Source: Burkholderiaceae bacterium (GTDB lineage Bacteria > Pseudomonadota > Gammaproteobacteria > Burkholderiales > Burkholderiaceae_C). Taken from it: a DNA stretch of 55,537 nucleotides. This document shows, in pieces, positions 10,176-17,711 of this stretch. A program made the translations under genes and the position numbers. Positions within the stretch are counted from its first letter, which is position 1. Every line of letters begins with the position of its first letter. The DNA lies in the NCBI GenBank assembly GCA_036500445.1, contig DASYCA010000143.1, positions 1-55,537 of the forward strand, read 5' to 3'. The notes beneath the pieces were generated by a model that saw nothing but the letters and a program-made list of their open reading frames with translations, did not search any database and was not told where the DNA came from.

Positions 10176-10200
10176 ACTGTATATACCGTATACATCGATT
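10165..10200. promoter_or_regulatory. AT-rich operator-like inverted repeat
   Basis: AATCGATGTA-N16-TACATCGATT, perfect 10-bp arms; contains GTAAAC/GTATATAC/GTATAC sub-sites; directly before the GGAG RBS. Confidence 0.6.
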
Positions 10201-10211
10201 GGAGTGGATTC

Positions 10212-10610
10212 ATGGTCACTGTCAAGACTTCGGCCAAGGCCGTTCGCAAGGCTGCCACGCCGGCCAAGGCCGCCTCGAAGACATCGCCGAAGACGGCGGC
10301 CAAGCCCGCACCGAAACCTGCGGTCAAGAAGCCGGCGGCGCCCGCTGCGGCGGTCAAGCCCGTGGCGGAGCCCAAGCTCAAGCACAAGCTCGTGCGCGAC
10401 AGCTTCACGATCCCGAAGGCCGAGTACACCGAGCTGCAGGGCCTGAAGCTGCGCGCCGCGAACCTGAAGCGCCCGGTCAAGAAGAGCGAGCTGCTGCGCG
10501 CCGGCGTCAGCGCGCTGCGCGCGATGAACGATGCCGCCTTCCTCGCCGCGCTGAGCGCGGTGCCGAGCCTGAAGACCGGTCGACCGAAGGCCAAGGCCGC
10601 TGCCGAGTAA
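10212..10610 (+). CDS. Small basic protein: histone H1-like K/A/P-rich N-terminus plus ribbon-helix-helix-like C-terminus
   Basis: PAKAASK/PAPKPAVKK tracts, then LVRDSFTIP (strand), EYTELQGLK (helix), KKSELLRAG (helix). Confidence 0.8.
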   Translation: MVTVKTSAKAVRKAATPAKAASKTSPKTAAKPAPKPAVKKPAAPAAAVKPVAEPKLKHKLVRDSFTIPKAEYTELQGLKLRAANLKRPVKKSELLRAGVSALRAMNDAAFLAALSAVPSLKTGRPKAKAAAE

Positions 10611-10640
10611 CGCTGCGGCAGCACGCCGACGCAGCCGCGC

Positions 10641-11834
10641 ATGGACGTCATCGAGCAGATCCGCGCGGCCAACGCCGGCCGCGACCCGCAGCGCCTGGCG
10701 CTGAAGTACGCGGCGATGCGCGCCGACCCGTTCGGCTTCCTGCGCGGCAGCTGCGCGCTGTTCTACGCGCGGCTGCCGCGCGGCGGCGTGTTCAAGTCGG
10801 CGCCACTCGCCTGGTCCTGCGGCGACCTGCACCTCGAGAATTTCGGCAGCTACAAGGCCGACAACCGCCTCGCCTATTTCGACCTCAACGACTTCGACGA
10901 GGCGGCGCTCGCCCCCGCCAGCTGGGACCTGGTGCGCCTGCTGACCAGCGTGCTGATCGGCACCGAGCCTCTCGTGGCCGGCGCGGCCGACGCCACCGCG
11001 CTCTGCCGGGTCGTCCTCGACGCGTACGCCACGGCCCTGACGGCCGGCAAGGCGTACTGGGTCGAGCGCGACACCGCCTCCGGCCTCGTCGGCCAGCTGC
11101 TCGCGTCGCTGCGCGCGCGCAAGCGGCCCGCCTTCCTCGACACCCGCACGACCTTGCGCGCCGGCAAGCGCCGGCTGCTCGTCGACGGCCGCAAGGCCTT
11201 CGACGCCACCGCCGACGAACGCCGGCGCGTCACCCGCTTCCTCGGCGAGTTCGCCGCGACGCAAGCCGACCCGGGCTTCTACAAGACGCTCGACGTCGCA
11301 CGCCGCATCGCCGGCACCGGCAGCCTGGGTGTCGAGCGCTACGTGATCCTGGTCAAGGGCAAGGGCTCGCCGGACGGCAACTACCTGCTCGACCTGAAGG
11401 CGGCCCTGCCCTCGGCGCTGACGGCCCGCCTGAAGACGCCGCAGCCGCGCTGGGCCACGCCGGCGCAGCGCGTCGCGACGCTGCAGCAACGCCTGCAGGC
11501 CGCGCCGATGGCCTTCCTGCGCCCGGTCGTGATGGACGGGCGGCCGTTCGTGCTGCGCGCGCTGCAACCGGCCGAGGACCGCGTCAGCCTGGTGCGCGCG
11601 AATACGGGCCACCTGACCCAGCTGATGGCCGACCTGGGCCGCATCGTCGCCTGGGCGCAGCTGCGCAGCGCCGGCCGCCAGGGCTCGGCCAACCTGGACG
11701 AGCTGATCGACTTCGGCTCGCGCAAGAAGTGGAAGCCCGCGCTGCTCGACGCGGCGCTGGCCGCCGCAGACCAGCTGCGGCGCGACGCCGCGGTCTTCAA
11801 CGCCGCCTGCGACGACGGGGCGCTGAAGGCCTGA
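10641..11834 (+). CDS. DUF2252-family protein (kinase-like fold)
   Basis: M...PFGFLRGS, CGDLHLENFG, FDLNDFDE, WDLVRL, GTGSLGVERY. Confidence 0.85.
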   Translation: MDVIEQIRAANAGRDPQRLALKYAAMRADPFGFLRGSCALFYARLPRGGVFKSAPLAWSCGDLHLENFGSYKADNRLAYFDLNDFDEAALAPASWDLVRLLTSVLIGTEPLVAGAADATALCRVVLDAYATALTAGKAYWVERDTASGLVGQLLASLRARKRPAFLDTRTTLRAGKRRLLVDGRKAFDATADERRRVTRFLGEFAATQADPGFYKTLDVARRIAGTGSLGVERYVILVKGKGSPDGNYLLDLKAALPSALTARLKTPQPRWATPAQRVATLQQRLQAAPMAFLRPVVMDGRPFVLRALQPAEDRVSLVRANTGHLTQLMADLGRIVAWAQLRSAGRQGSANLDELIDFGSRKKWKPALLDAALAAADQLRRDAAVFNAACDDGALKA

Positions 11835-11878
11835 AGCCGCGCCGGGACGGCGCGGCGATGGCGAGATACCGGATATCG

Positions 11879-11929
11879 ATGACAGGCGTGTGACCGCGCC
11901 TGTCCACGCGCCGGTCATGCGGCCGTCAC
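11879..11929. promoter_or_regulatory. Back-to-back PHO-box-like pairs upstream of ppk2
   Basis: Plus strand: CGGTCAT-GCGG-CCGTCAC (11912-11929); minus strand: CGGTCAC-ACGC-CTGTCAT (11896-11879). Confidence 0.6.
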
Positions 11930-11982
11930 AGAGCGGCACCAGCATGCGGGCTTGCCCGGTACGTCTGAAGAAGGAACTCCGC

Positions 11983-12894
11983 ATGAACCCCACCGATGCC
12001 GAAACGATCCGGCGCATCCACGCCGATCTGGCCGACAGCTACGACGAGGAGCTCGAACTCGAGCTCGAGGACCGAACCGTCGACGACCTCTCCGGCATGT
12101 CCGAGCACGGCGACGACTACAAGGAAGCCCGACGGGCCTACTTCCGCGAACTCTTTCGGCTGCAAGGCGAGCTCGTCAAGCTGCAGGACTGGGTCGTCGC
12201 CGCGCGCCACAAGGTCGTGATCATCTTCGAGGGCCGGGACGCTGCCGGCAAGGGCGGCGTGATCAAGCGCATCACGCAGCGCCTGAACCCGCGCGTCGCG
12301 CGCGTCGCCGCGCTGCCGGCGCCGAACGACCGCGAGCGCACGCAGTGGTACTTCCAGCGCTACGTCGCGCACCTGCCGGCGGCCGGCGAGATGGTGCTGT
12401 TCGACCGCAGCTGGTACAACCGCGCCGGCGTCGAGCGCGTGATGGGCTTTTGCGACGACGCGCAGTACGAGGAGTTCTTCCGCTCGGTGCCCGAGTTCGA
12501 GAAGATGCTGGTGCGCTCGGGCATCCAGGTCATCAAGTACTGGTTCTCGATCTCGGACGAAGAACAGCACCTGCGCTTCCTCGGCCGCATCCACGACCCG
12601 CTGAAGCAGTGGAAGCTGAGCCCGATGGACCTCGAGTCCCGCCGCCGCTGGGAGGAGTACACCAAGGCGAAGGAGATCATGCTGGAGCGCACCCACATCA
12701 AGGAAGCGCCGTGGTGGGTCGTGCAGGCCGTCGACAAGAAGAAGGCCCGCCTGAACTGCATCCACCACCTGCTGGGCCAGATGCCGTATGAAGAGACCGA
12801 GCACGCCCCGATCGTGCTGCCCGAGCGCGAGCGCCACGAGGACTACGTCCGCCACCCGGTCCCGCAGGACATCCTGGTGCCCGAGATCTATTGA
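11983..12894 (+). CDS. ppk2: Polyphosphate kinase 2
   Basis: AAGGA RBS before MNPTD; FEGRDAAGKGG Walker A, FDRSWYNR, WKLSPMD. Confidence 0.96.
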   Translation: MNPTDAETIRRIHADLADSYDEELELELEDRTVDDLSGMSEHGDDYKEARRAYFRELFRLQGELVKLQDWVVAARHKVVIIFEGRDAAGKGGVIKRITQRLNPRVARVAALPAPNDRERTQWYFQRYVAHLPAAGEMVLFDRSWYNRAGVERVMGFCDDAQYEEFFRSVPEFEKMLVRSGIQVIKYWFSISDEEQHLRFLGRIHDPLKQWKLSPMDLESRRRWEEYTKAKEIMLERTHIKEAPWWVVQAVDKKKARLNCIHHLLGQMPYEETEHAPIVLPERERHEDYVRHPVPQDILVPEIY

Positions 12895-12926
12895 ACGGTT
12901 CGCCTGAGCGCGACCCGCCGGCCTCG

Positions 12927-12955
12927 TTGTCACCGGACTGACACATGACTGTCAC
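12927..12955 (+). promoter_or_regulatory. Triple PHO-box-like repeat upstream of pit
   Basis: TTGTCAC-CGGA-CTGACAC-ATGA-CTGTCAC, exact 7+4 periodicity. Confidence 0.75.
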
Positions 12956-13000
12956 GGACGGCAGCGAGGATCGATCCAAACAACCTCTGGAAACAACTTC

Positions 13001-14626
13001 ATGAATTCCACCGCCACCGCGGCGCTGCCCTCCGGCGCCGCGCCTTCTTCTGCCGCCGCGCGGCCGAAATTCGACAGCAAGCCCGGGCCGGTCACCGCGA
13101 TCGTCTTCATCGGCCTGCTCGCGATCGGCCTGCTGTTCACCGGCTACAGCCTGGTGACCGACGTCAGCGCCGCCGGCGCGTTCGCGACGACCTGGGTGCC
13201 CTACATCCTGCTCGGCGTCGCGCTGCTGATCGCGCTCGGCTTCGAGTTCGTCAACGGCTTTCACGACACCGCGAACGCAGTCGCGACCGTGATCTACACC
13301 CACTCGCTGCCGCCGAACTTCGCGGTGATGTGGTCGGGCCTGTTCAACTTCCTGGGCGTGCTGACCTCCAGCGGCGCGGTCGCGTTCGGCATCATCTCGC
13401 TGCTGCCGGTCGAGCTGATCCTGCAGGTCGGCTCGGGCGCGGGCTTCGCGATGGTGTTCGCGCTGCTGATCGCCGCGATCATCTGGAACCTGGGCACCTG
13501 GGCGCTGGGCCTGCCGGCCTCGTCCTCGCACACGCTGATCGGCTCGATCATCGGCGTCGGCATCGCCAACGCGCTGATGCACGGCCGCGACGGCACCGCC
13601 GGCGTGGACTGGTCGCAGGTCAAGGCGGTCGGCACGACGCTGCTGGTCTCCCCGGTCGTCGGCTTCGTGGCCTCGGCCCTGGTGCTGCTGGCCCTGCGGG
13701 CGCTGGTCAAGAACCGCGAGCTGTACGAAGCGCCCAAGGGCAACGAGCCGCCGCCGTGGTGGATCCGCGGCCTGCTGGTGCTGACCTGCACCGGCGTGTC
13801 GTTCGCGCACGGCTCGAACGACGGCCAAAAGGGCATGGGCCTGATCATGCTGATCCTGGTCGGCACGGTGCCGATGGCCTACGCGTTGAACCGTTCGATG
13901 CCGGTGGAGCAGATGACGCAGTTCGCCGCGGTCGCCCGGGTCACGCAGGCCGAGCTCGCGAAGAACAGCACGGTCGCCACACCGGCGGACCCGCGCAAGA
14001 CGCTGAGCGACTTCGTGCGCACCAAGCAGCTCAGCGCCGAACTGGTGCCCGCGCTCGCCGCGATCACCGGCAGCATCGGCACGCAAGTCGGCGAGCACGG
14101 CACGCTGGCGAAGGTGCCGGCGGCCGCGGTCGCGAACGTCCGAAACGACATGTACCTGACCTCGGAAGCGATCCGCGTGCTCGACAAGACCGACGGCGTG
14201 AGCCTGGATGCCGACACCAAGAAGAACCTGAAGGCGTTCAAGGGCCTGATCGACGACGCGACCAAGTTCATCCCGCTGTGGGTCAAGGTCGCCGTCGCGG
14301 TGGCGCTGGGCCTGGGCACGATGGTGGGCTGGAAGCGCATCGTCGTGACGGTGGGCGAGAAGATCGGCAAGACGCACCTGACCTATGCGCAAGGCGCCGC
14401 GGCCGAGGTCGTCGCGATGCTGACGATCGGCGCGGCCGACATGTACGGGCTGCCGGTCTCGACCACGCACGTGCTGTCCTCCGGCGTCGCCGGCACGATG
14501 GCGGCCAGCGGCTCGGGCCTGCAGTGGTCGACGGTGCGCAGTTTGGCGATGGCCTGGGTGCTGACCTTGCCGGCCGCGATGCTGCTGTCGGGCAGCCTGT
14601 ACTGGCTGTTCTCGAACGTGTTCTGA
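13001..14626 (+). CDS. pit: PiT-family inorganic phosphate transporter
   Basis: NGFHDTANAVAT, GLPASSSH, AHGSNDGQK and GLPVSTTH signatures. Confidence 0.95.
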   Translation: MNSTATAALPSGAAPSSAAARPKFDSKPGPVTAIVFIGLLAIGLLFTGYSLVTDVSAAGAFATTWVPYILLGVALLIALGFEFVNGFHDTANAVATVIYTHSLPPNFAVMWSGLFNFLGVLTSSGAVAFGIISLLPVELILQVGSGAGFAMVFALLIAAIIWNLGTWALGLPASSSHTLIGSIIGVGIANALMHGRDGTAGVDWSQVKAVGTTLLVSPVVGFVASALVLLALRALVKNRELYEAPKGNEPPPWWIRGLLVLTCTGVSFAHGSNDGQKGMGLIMLILVGTVPMAYALNRSMPVEQMTQFAAVARVTQAELAKNSTVATPADPRKTLSDFVRTKQLSAELVPALAAITGSIGTQVGEHGTLAKVPAAAVANVRNDMYLTSEAIRVLDKTDGVSLDADTKKNLKAFKGLIDDATKFIPLWVKVAVAVALGLGTMVGWKRIVVTVGEKIGKTHLTYAQGAAAEVVAMLTIGAADMYGLPVSTTHVLSSGVAGTMAASGSGLQWSTVRSLAMAWVLTLPAAMLLSGSLYWLFSNVF

Positions 14627-14639
14627 TCGGTTGAGTGAG

Positions 14640-14672
14640 GTCCGCGACCGGCGCGTCGCGGACTTTGGTTTG
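14640..14672 (+). terminator. Terminator-like hairpin after pit
   Basis: GTCCGCGAC-CGGCGC-GTCGCGGAC followed by TTTGGTTTG. Confidence 0.5.
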
Positions 14673-14707
14673 TACTTCGACGGTCGAGCGGCGCCGCGGC
14701 AGGCGAT
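14671..14707 (+). repeat. Left copy of a 37-bp inverted repeat flanking the GreA-like gene
   Basis: TGTACTTCGACGGTCGAGCGGCGCCGCGGCAGGCGAT; 36/37 match to the reverse complement of 15556-15592. Confidence 0.9.
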
Positions 14708-14860
14708 ACAAGCGTGGAGGGCGTTCACGCAAGAGCTTCAACGACGTCGAAAGCGCGGGAGAGGCCGGAGACCGCCATCTTGAAGCGGGTCGATCGAGCG
14801 TCAGCAATAGACTGATCTTCGACAAATTCAGCGTGGGCGGCCGGTGAACTTGCTGGCGGC

Positions 14861-15343
14861 TTAATGAACCCGCAGCACCTCAAACTGCTGTCGGATTGGA
14901 GCGACCTGTATCGACACCTCATCACCCTCGCATTTACCCAGCATGGCCCTGCCCAACGGGGCTTCGCTGCTGATGACCTGAACGAGCTGAGCGCCGCTGA
15001 CCAACTTCATGCTGCCCCCATCCGGGCCGAGAAAGAGCTGTTGCTGCTTGTCGTCGGAATCGACCAGGCAGACCAGCGCGCCGAGCTGTATACCTTTGCT
15101 GGCGTCGTAGGGGCGCGGGTGGAATTGGCGCCAATTGGCCATCGACTGGCGGATGGCGTCGGCGCGACGAGCCTGGCCGGTGGCCAGGTAGGCAGCTTCG
15201 AGACCCAATGTGTCGTATTTGTTTTCGGCGACGCTTTCTTCGTGAGTCGCCGTTTCATGGGCCGCCCGCGCTGCCTGTTCTGCTTGCAGCAGGTCTTCGG
15301 CGAGCCGTTCCAGCACCTGCTGCCGAAGCAATAATTTATCCAT
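14861..15343 (-). CDS. GreA/GreB-family elongation-factor-like protein (160 aa) with atypical codon usage
   Basis: Start MDKLLLRQQ; coiled-coil tip HEESVAENKYDT; C-terminal IQLGALV...ISSEAPLGRAMLGK.EGD; visibly more A/T-ending codons than its neighbours. Confidence 0.85.
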   Translation of the reverse strand: MDKLLLRQQVLERLAEDLLQAEQAARAAHETATHEESVAENKYDTLGLEAAYLATGQARRADAIRQSMANWRQFHPRPYDASKGIQLGALVCLVDSDDKQQQLFLGPDGGSMKLVSGAQLVQVISSEAPLGRAMLGKCEGDEVSIQVAPIRQQFEVLRVH

Positions 15344-15555
15344 GATGAAAGGTGAGGCATCTCGAACAAGCGAGGTCAGCTCTTGATTATGAAGGGCTCC
15401 ACCAGCTGTCGACGCTTCTGTTGGCTGCGGGTTAACTTCAGCTATGGGCACGAAGCTGCCGCCAGCCAGGCGTCGACCAAAGGCTGCTCGTGGCCGACTG
15501 CCGACTATCGCCTCCTCTGCGACCTGGAAGCACTTCGACTGGAGCCCCCGCGGGC

Positions 15556-15592
15556 ATCGCCTGCCGCGGCGCCGCTCGACCGTCGACGTACA
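15556..15592 (-). repeat. Right copy of the 37-bp inverted repeat
   Basis: ATCGCCTGCCGCGGCGCCGCTCGACCGTCGACGTACA. Confidence 0.9.
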
Positions 15593-15627
15593 CCGCGACA
15601 GTCCGCCGCGATGCGGCGAACGCAGCC

Positions 15628-16527
15628 CTACATCGCCTCCGAGACCGGCTCCGCTGGCGCCCCGACGACCTGCGTCGGCGACTTCACCTGCGCCAAATCC
15701 TCCGCCATCGCCGCACCCCAATCGAGGATCTCCAGCCGCCCGTCCAGATGCTCGGCCAGCGCCGTCAAACTCTCGACCCAGTCGCCGTCGTTCGCATACA
15801 GCACGCCATCGATCTCGCGCAGCTCGGCGTGGTGGATGTGGCCGCAGACGACGCCGTGCACGCCGCGCTGGCGCGCCTCGCGTGCGACCGCGGCCTCGAA
15901 GTCGCCGACATAGCTCACGGCGCGTTTCACCTTGAGCTTCAGGTACTTCGACAGCGACCAGTACGGCAGCCCCATGCGCGCCCGCAGCGAGTTCAGGTGC
16001 CGGTTCAGTTTCAGCGTGAACTCGTACAGCGAGTCACCGACGTAGGCGAGCCACTTCGCGCACTGGATCACGCCGTCGTACAGGTCGCCGTGCGTGATCC
16101 AGAGCTTGCGCTGGTCGGCCAGGGTGTGGATCCATTCGTCGGCGACCTCGATGCCGCCGAAGTCGTGGCCGACGAAGCCGCGCGCGAACTCGTCGTGGTT
16201 GCCGGGGATGAAGATCACGCGCGTGCCCTTGCGGGCCTTGCGCAGCAGCTTCTGGATCACATCGTTGTGGGCCTGCGGCCAGTACCACTGGCGGCGCAGC
16301 TGCCAGCCGTCGATGATGTCGCCGACCAGGAACAGCGTCTCGCACTCGGTGTGGCGCAGGAAGTCCAGCAGCGCGCCCGCCTGGCAGCCGGGCGTGCCCA
16401 GGTGCAGGTCGGAAATCCAGAGCGTGCGGTAGCGGCGCCGGCCGCGATGAGGGGTGTCATCGTCATCGCCGGGGGCGGAGGCTTGGGCTGCGCTCCACGC
16501 GCGCAGCAGCGAGGCTTCACGTTGCAT
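15628..16527 (-). CDS. plcP: LpxH-like metallophosphoesterase, PlcP-type phospholipase C
   Basis: ISDLHLG, LVGDIIDGW, WYWPQAHNDVIQKLLRK, GNHDE, HGD, CGHIH, NDGDWVES; PHO-like array upstream. Confidence 0.78.
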   Translation of the reverse strand: MQREASLLRAWSAAQASAPGDDDDTPHRGRRRYRTLWISDLHLGTPGCQAGALLDFLRHTECETLFLVGDIIDGWQLRRQWYWPQAHNDVIQKLLRKARKGTRVIFIPGNHDEFARGFVGHDFGGIEVADEWIHTLADQRKLWITHGDLYDGVIQCAKWLAYVGDSLYEFTLKLNRHLNSLRARMGLPYWSLSKYLKLKVKRAVSYVGDFEAAVAREARQRGVHGVVCGHIHHAELREIDGVLYANDGDWVESLTALAEHLDGRLEILDWGAAMAEDLAQVKSPTQVVGAPAEPVSEAM

Positions 16528-16551
16528 GGCCTGCGATGCTGCGCGCGCGCT

Positions 16552-16625
16552 GTGACCTGATCGTGGCGGGTTGGTGTCGGCCGTGTGACGCGCCCGGCGT
16601 CATCGCGCTGTCACGCGGGCGTCTC
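16552..16625. promoter_or_regulatory. Divergent PHO-box-like arrays between plcP and the CorA-family gene
   Basis: Minus-oriented GTGAC 16552, GTGGC 16563, GTGTC 16574, GTGAC 16585; plus-oriented GTCAT 16599, GTCAC 16610, GTCTC 16621; each set in 11-bp phase. Confidence 0.65.
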
Positions 16626-16673
16626 AGACTGGTGGGCTTGGCGTCTTCGCCCCACGGTCTACCTGCTGCCGAC

Positions 16674-17711
16674 GTGAACACCCAACTCGCAAGCTACGGC
16701 GTCACGCCGCTCGGTCTGATCTGCGGCTACCGCATCGCCCCCGACGCCGCGGCGCAGCCGCTCGAATGCGACGCCGCCGCGGCCTGGCTGGCGCAGCCGC
16801 CGGCGGACGGCGGCGAGGACGGCGAGGGCTTCCTGTGGCTGCACTTCAACCTCGCGCACACCGGCGCGCTGCCGTGGCTGAAGGCGCACGCGGCGCTGCC
16901 CGACGACTTCTTCGAGATGCTGAAGGATGGCTCGCACTCGACCCGCGTCGAGCGCAGCGACCAGACGCTGGTCGCGGTCGTCAACGACGTCAATTTCGAT
17001 TTCGCGTTCGAGCCCTCGGACATCTCGACCCTGTGGATCAACGTCGAGCGGCGGCTCGTCGTCACCGCACGCCAGCAGCCGCTGCGTTCGGTCGACAAGC
17101 TGCGCGAGGCCGTCAACGGCGGCCAGCGCTTTCGCTCCAGCGTCGAGCTGCTCGAGCACCTGCTGCATGCCCAGGCCGACGTCCTCGTCGACATCGTGCG
17201 CAACGTGACCGACCGGGTCGACCGCATCGAGGACCAGATGCTCGCGAACCGGCTCGACGGCAAGCGCCTGCGCCTGGGCGCGCTGCGCCGCCTGCTGGTG
17301 CGGCTGCAGCGCCTGCTCGCGCCGGAGCCGGCGGCGCTGTTCCGGCTGCTGCAGCACCCGCCGGGCTGGGTCGCCGACCTGGACGCCCAGGGGCTGCGCC
17401 AGTCGAGCGAGGAGTTCTCGGTCGTGCTGCACGACATGAACGCGCTGCAGGAGCGCATCAAGCTGCTGCAGGAAGAGATCGCCGCGCAGGTCAACGAGGA
17501 CAACAACCGCAGCCTGTTCGTGCTGACGGTCGTCACGGTGCTGGCGCTGCCGATCAACATCGTGGCCGGCCTGCTCGGGATGAACGTCGGCGGCGTGCCG
17601 CTGGCGCAGCACGCGCACGGGTTCTGGATCGTGGTCGGGATCGTGTTGTCGATCACCGCGCTGGGCGGCCTGCTCGCGTTCCGGCGCCAATTGATGCGGC
17701 GGGGCGACTGA
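16674..17711 (+). CDS. CorA/ZntB-family divalent cation transporter
   Basis: FLWLHFN, two C-terminal TMs with LLGMNVGGVP; GTG start at VNTQL is inferred. Confidence 0.88.
   Translation: MNTQLASYGVTPLGLICGYRIAPDAAAQPLECDAAAAWLAQPPADGGEDGEGFLWLHFNLAHTGALPWLKAHAALPDDFFEMLKDGSHSTRVERSDQTLVAVVNDVNFDFAFEPSDISTLWINVERRLVVTARQQPLRSVDKLREAVNGGQRFRSSVELLEHLLHAQADVLVDIVRNVTDRVDRIEDQMLANRLDGKRLRLGALRRLLVRLQRLLAPEPAALFRLLQHPPGWVADLDAQGLRQSSEEFSVVLHDMNALQERIKLLQEEIAAQVNEDNNRSLFVLTVVTVLALPINIVAGLLGMNVGGVPLAQHAHGFWIVVGIVLSITALGGLLAFRRQLMRRGD

Noticed and set aside
10178-10195. Possible LexA SOS box (CTGTATATA...)
   Set aside because: Lacks ACAG at the CTGT-N8-ACAG position; better explained as part of the larger inverted repeat
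9084-12017. 977-aa antisense ORF and many similar Arg/Ala/Gly-rich long ORFs
   Set aside because: Typical high-GC shadow frames overlapping well-supported genes, with no recognisable motifs
14635-14847. 70-aa ORF and the N-terminal extension of 14861..15721 sharing CTSTVERRRGRR
   Set aside because: The shared peptide is simply the translation of the inverted repeat, not evidence of coding
14660-15600. Classical IS or composite transposon
   Set aside because: No transposase remnant and no target-site duplication at the TGT/ACA ends; kept only as a non-autonomous cassette hypothesis
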